DNA of 64,000 nucleotides from Planctomycetota bacterium (GTDB lineage Bacteria; Planctomycetota; UBA11346): NCBI GenBank assembly GCA_028280785.1, contig JANQLF010000116.1, positions 87,377 to 151,376 of the forward strand, read 5' to 3'. Shown piece by piece: positions 61,393 to 64,000 of this stretch (position 1 is its first letter; each line of letters starts with the position of its first letter). The notes under the pieces were generated by a model. It saw only the letters and a program-made list of their open reading frames with translations, ran no database searches and was not told where the DNA came from. The position numbers and the translations under genes were made by a program.

Positions 61393-62520
61393 ATGAGCGA
61401 AAACAACACCATCCGTATAGGCATCATAGGCTTAGGTATGGGCGGCGGACACGCCCGTCGATTGATCAACAACGAAATTAAAAACGGCGAATTAGGTGCT
61501 GTTTGCGATCTGAATCCAGAACGTTTAAAAGCTTATGAAGGCATAGCCCAATATACCGATGTAGCAGAAATGTTAGAGAAAGCAGATATCGATGCTGTTA
61601 TTGTGGCGACACCACACTTTGCACATGTCCCATTATCGAAGCAATGTTTTGATGCCGGTAAACATGTACTGGTCGAAAAACCGTTAGCCGTACATAAGAA
61701 AGATTGTGAATCGGCAATTGAAGCAGCCGACAAGCATCCTGAATTAGTATTTGGCGAAATGTTTCAATTACGCACTGATCCGGTGTATAAAAAATTAAAA
61801 TCTTTAATTGATAGCGGTGAACTCGGTGAAATTCGCCGTATTAATTGGATTATTACTGCATGGTTCCGTACCTATTCGTATTATGCGAGTGGTGACTGGC
61901 GTGCGACCTGGCATGGTGAAGGCGGTGGTGTGCTCCTTAATCAATGTCCACATAATTTAGATTTATTGCAATGGCTCTTTGGTATGCCGACTAAAATTCG
62001 CGCCCACTGCCACTTTGGTAAATATCACGACATCGAAGTTGAAGATGACGTCACAGCGTATCTCGAATATCCAAATGGCGCGACCGGTGTCTTTATTGCC
62101 TCGACTGGCGAAGCACCAGGAACTGATCGCTTAGAAATCACTGCCGAGAACGGCCGCGTTGTTCTAGAAAATGGTAAACTCGAATGGATTCGCAATGAAA
62201 TCCCGATGTCGCAGTTCTGCCGTGAAACCGATCAAGGTTTTGCTAAACCACCGACATGGGATGTCAGTATTCCAATTCCAAATAGCAACGCTGGTCATGG
62301 CGTCGTACTACAACAATTCGTTAATAAAATAAACAATGAAGGCGAGCTCATTGCTGACGCACGTGAGGGCATCAACAGTGTTGAGCTGGGTAATGCGATG
62401 CTCTTGTCTTCACAGTTGGACAAGACTATTGGGTTGCCAATGGACAGCGAAGTATTTGCAACTGAGTTGGCACGACTTATAGATGCCTCTCCTAAAACCC
62501 CACACAATCAAAACGCTTAG
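61393..62520 (+). CDS. Gfo/Idh/MocA-family oxidoreductase
   Basis: It has a Rossmann N-terminus (IRIGIIGLGMGGGH), EKPLA, and a C-terminal alpha/beta domain. Confidence 0.85.
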   Translation: MSENNTIRIGIIGLGMGGGHARRLINNEIKNGELGAVCDLNPERLKAYEGIAQYTDVAEMLEKADIDAVIVATPHFAHVPLSKQCFDAGKHVLVEKPLAVHKKDCESAIEAADKHPELVFGEMFQLRTDPVYKKLKSLIDSGELGEIRRINWIITAWFRTYSYYASGDWRATWHGEGGGVLLNQCPHNLDLLQWLFGMPTKIRAHCHFGKYHDIEVEDDVTAYLEYPNGATGVFIASTGEAPGTDRLEITAENGRVVLENGKLEWIRNEIPMSQFCRETDQGFAKPPTWDVSIPIPNSNAGHGVVLQQFVNKINNEGELIADAREGINSVELGNAMLLSSQLDKTIGLPMDSEVFATELARLIDASPKTPHNQNA

Positions 62521-62538
62521 TTTATAAAAGGAACAAGC

Positions 62539-63468
62539 ATGGCTTATTTAACTGGATTTGCTGATGAAGCAGCCAATGACATTGAAGATCAAATTAAAGC
62601 GACCAAGGCCTTAGGTTGGTCATGGATCGAATCACGCGCAGTCAGTGGAACCAATATTCACGACTTAAGTGATGAAGATTTTGATAAAACCTACGCAGCC
62701 CTCGAAGGTAGTGGCGTTGGCGTGAATTGCTTTGGTTCAGCAGTTGCAAACTGGGCCAGTCAAATTACTGACCCGTTCGAAAACACGATTGCTCAAATCG
62801 AACGAGCTATTCCACGCATGCATCGTCTGAATTGTAAAATGATTCGTATCATGAGTTTTGCGGTTTTAAAAGAAGACGACAAGCCTGTCGCAGATCAAAT
62901 GGAAGAAGAGCGTTTTAAACGATTGCGTGAAATTCAAAAACGCTTTAGCGATGCTGGTATAGTGCCAGTTCATGAAAACTGCATGAACTATGGTGGCATG
63001 GGTGCTCAGTATACCTTAAAAATGATTGAAAATGTTCCTGGTCTCAAATTAGTATTTGATACCGGTAACCCAGTATTCAGTGCTGACCATGCCAAGGGTG
63101 AGCCGTATCCGCGTCAAAATGCTTTTGATTTTTATAAAGCAGTGAAAGAGCATATTGCTTATGTTCATATTAAAGATGGCGTTTGGTCTGAAGGAAAATC
63201 AACCTTTTCATTCCCTGGTGAAGGCGATGGATTTGTTCCTGAGATTGTGAAGGACTTACTCGACAGTGGTTATGATGGTGGTTTTTCAATGGAACCACAC
63301 ATGAAAGTTGTTTATCACGAAGAATCTTCTGATGACGATAAAACTGAAGCACGCATCGAAAATTATATCGAATATGGCAAGCGCTTCATGAAAATCATGG
63401 AGGACGCTGGTCACCCATGGTCAGCAGAAACCGAAAGCAAGCCAGAAGCGGCATTGGCATTATCATAA
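62539..63468 (+). CDS. sugar phosphate isomerase/epimerase (xylose-isomerase-like TIM barrel) family protein
   Basis: 309 aa with the typical pattern IESRAV..., MIRIMSF, VHENC, DTGN, HIKD and SMEPH. Confidence 0.8.
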   Translation: MAYLTGFADEAANDIEDQIKATKALGWSWIESRAVSGTNIHDLSDEDFDKTYAALEGSGVGVNCFGSAVANWASQITDPFENTIAQIERAIPRMHRLNCKMIRIMSFAVLKEDDKPVADQMEEERFKRLREIQKRFSDAGIVPVHENCMNYGGMGAQYTLKMIENVPGLKLVFDTGNPVFSADHAKGEPYPRQNAFDFYKAVKEHIAYVHIKDGVWSEGKSTFSFPGEGDGFVPEIVKDLLDSGYDGGFSMEPHMKVVYHEESSDDDKTEARIENYIEYGKRFMKIMEDAGHPWSAETESKPEAALALS

Positions 63469-63491
63469 ACATCCCGAAGTGTCTATTAAAC

Positions 63492-63526
63492 AAACGCGCG
63501 GCACGATGTGTCGCGCGTTTCTTATT
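63492..63526 (+). terminator. rho-independent terminator
   Basis: AAACGCGCG-(11 nt)-CGCGCGTTT forms a 9-bp stem and is followed by CTTATT. Confidence 0.65.
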
Positions 63527-63551
63527 GGATTTTATGTATTAGTATTTCGTG

Positions 63552-64000
63552 ATGCATTGTCCGACGTGTGGAAAAGTAAATGCAGCAGGAACGCACATAT
63601 GTGTCTATTGTAATAATCCAATGGATGCAGCTGTGGAGATACAGCCAGAATTGAGTTTACTCGAGCAGCATAAATCAGCATTGCTGATTATGGCTGTTGG
63701 TTTTGGACTCGCCTTAATTGCACACTGGTTCTTTATTACAGCCTATATGGTGGGTTTTATGAGTGCCTTGGTGCATGAAATCGGTCATTCAGCAATCTCA
63801 ATTTTTACCGGCCGACCGTCTTTCCCGCGAATTACATTGGCGGTTGACGCAGTTGCCGTAATTCTTGATCAAATTTTTATTTTATTTTTGTTTATGCTCG
63901 CAGTGAATGCTGCCTTCGTATATCGCATGCGTGATGTCAAAGGTTGGCGTTGGTTTTTTTGTGCAGTGCTGTTGATCCATGCCTTGGCTGGTTTTTCAGA
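63552..64000 (+). CDS. zinc-ribbon plus polytopic membrane protein with HExxH (HEIGH) motif, putative membrane metalloprotease (3' end outside the window)
   Basis: Absent from the ORF track because no stop lies in the window. My hand translation from ATG 63552 is MHCPTCGKVNAAGTHICVYCNNP...FMSALVHEIGHSAISIF..., open to base 64000. Confidence 0.6.
   Translation, partial: MHCPTCGKVNAAGTHICVYCNNPMDAAVEIQPELSLLEQHKSALLIMAVGFGLALIAHWFFITAYMVGFMSALVHEIGHSAISIFTGRPSFPRITLAVDAVAVILDQIFILFLFMLAVNAAFVYRMRDVKGWRWFFCAVLLIHALAGFS

Noticed and set aside
1-64000. Search for CRISPR arrays, IS elements or transposases, integrases, prophage genes and toxin-antitoxin or known defence cassettes.
   Set aside because: I saw no repeat-spacer arrays, no DDE/tyrosine/serine recombinase motifs, no terminal inverted repeats flanking any block and no phage structural genes. 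The window looks like core or accessory chromosome rather than a mobile island.

Overview
The window is a 64-kb chromosomal stretch with about 50 protein-coding genes. I found no rRNA, tRNA, CRISPR array, transposase or integrase. The gene content looks like a PVC-superphylum genome (Lentisphaerae, Verrucomicrobia or Planctomycetes-like): many prepilin-type N-termini, three ECF sigma/anti-sigma pairs, a MoxR-DUF58-BatA/VWA operon, giant membrane Ser/Thr kinases, Gfo/Idh/MocA and xylose-isomerase-like TIM-barrel genes, a sialate O-acetylesterase and a GH172/DUF2961 protein. This placement is inference from motifs only; no database search was possible. Four blocks stand out. (1) 47.9-61.3 kb holds an 11-gene, translationally coupled operon. 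It encodes a complete G, G-like, H, I, J, K pseudopilin set with hugely enlarged minor pseudopilins, but no secretin, ATPase, platform or peptidase is present in the window. The same operon carries a secreted split FGE/C-type-lectin-fold protein, an FG-GAP propeller, a TPR-cytochrome c and an AraC regulator. (2) 15.7-29.0 kb holds a 6-gene coupled MoxR operon: DUF58, two VWA membrane proteins, a protein of about 1730 aa, and a prenyltransferase-repeat protein. PA14-like modules are inserted in two consecutive members, and an ECF sigma/anti-sigma pair lies divergent to it. (3) 39.0-45.9 kb holds two tandem paralogous membrane Ser/Thr kinases of about 1150 aa, both with HND/DWG (non-RD) catalytic motifs. 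(4) 1.8-5.4 kb holds a small putative regulon marked by three copies of an 18-bp palindrome, placed in front of a CPPC thioredoxin, an ArsR-family regulator and a haloacid-dehalogenase-like gene. This block also contains an ECF-linked secreted protein with 29 consecutive Asp. Two edge-truncated ORFs missing from the ORF track were recovered by hand: 1-1190 on the minus strand and 63552-64000 on the plus strand. Several ORF-track starts are TTG or GTG extensions, and I trimmed them where ATGA coupling or a Shine-Dalgarno sequence supports a different start.
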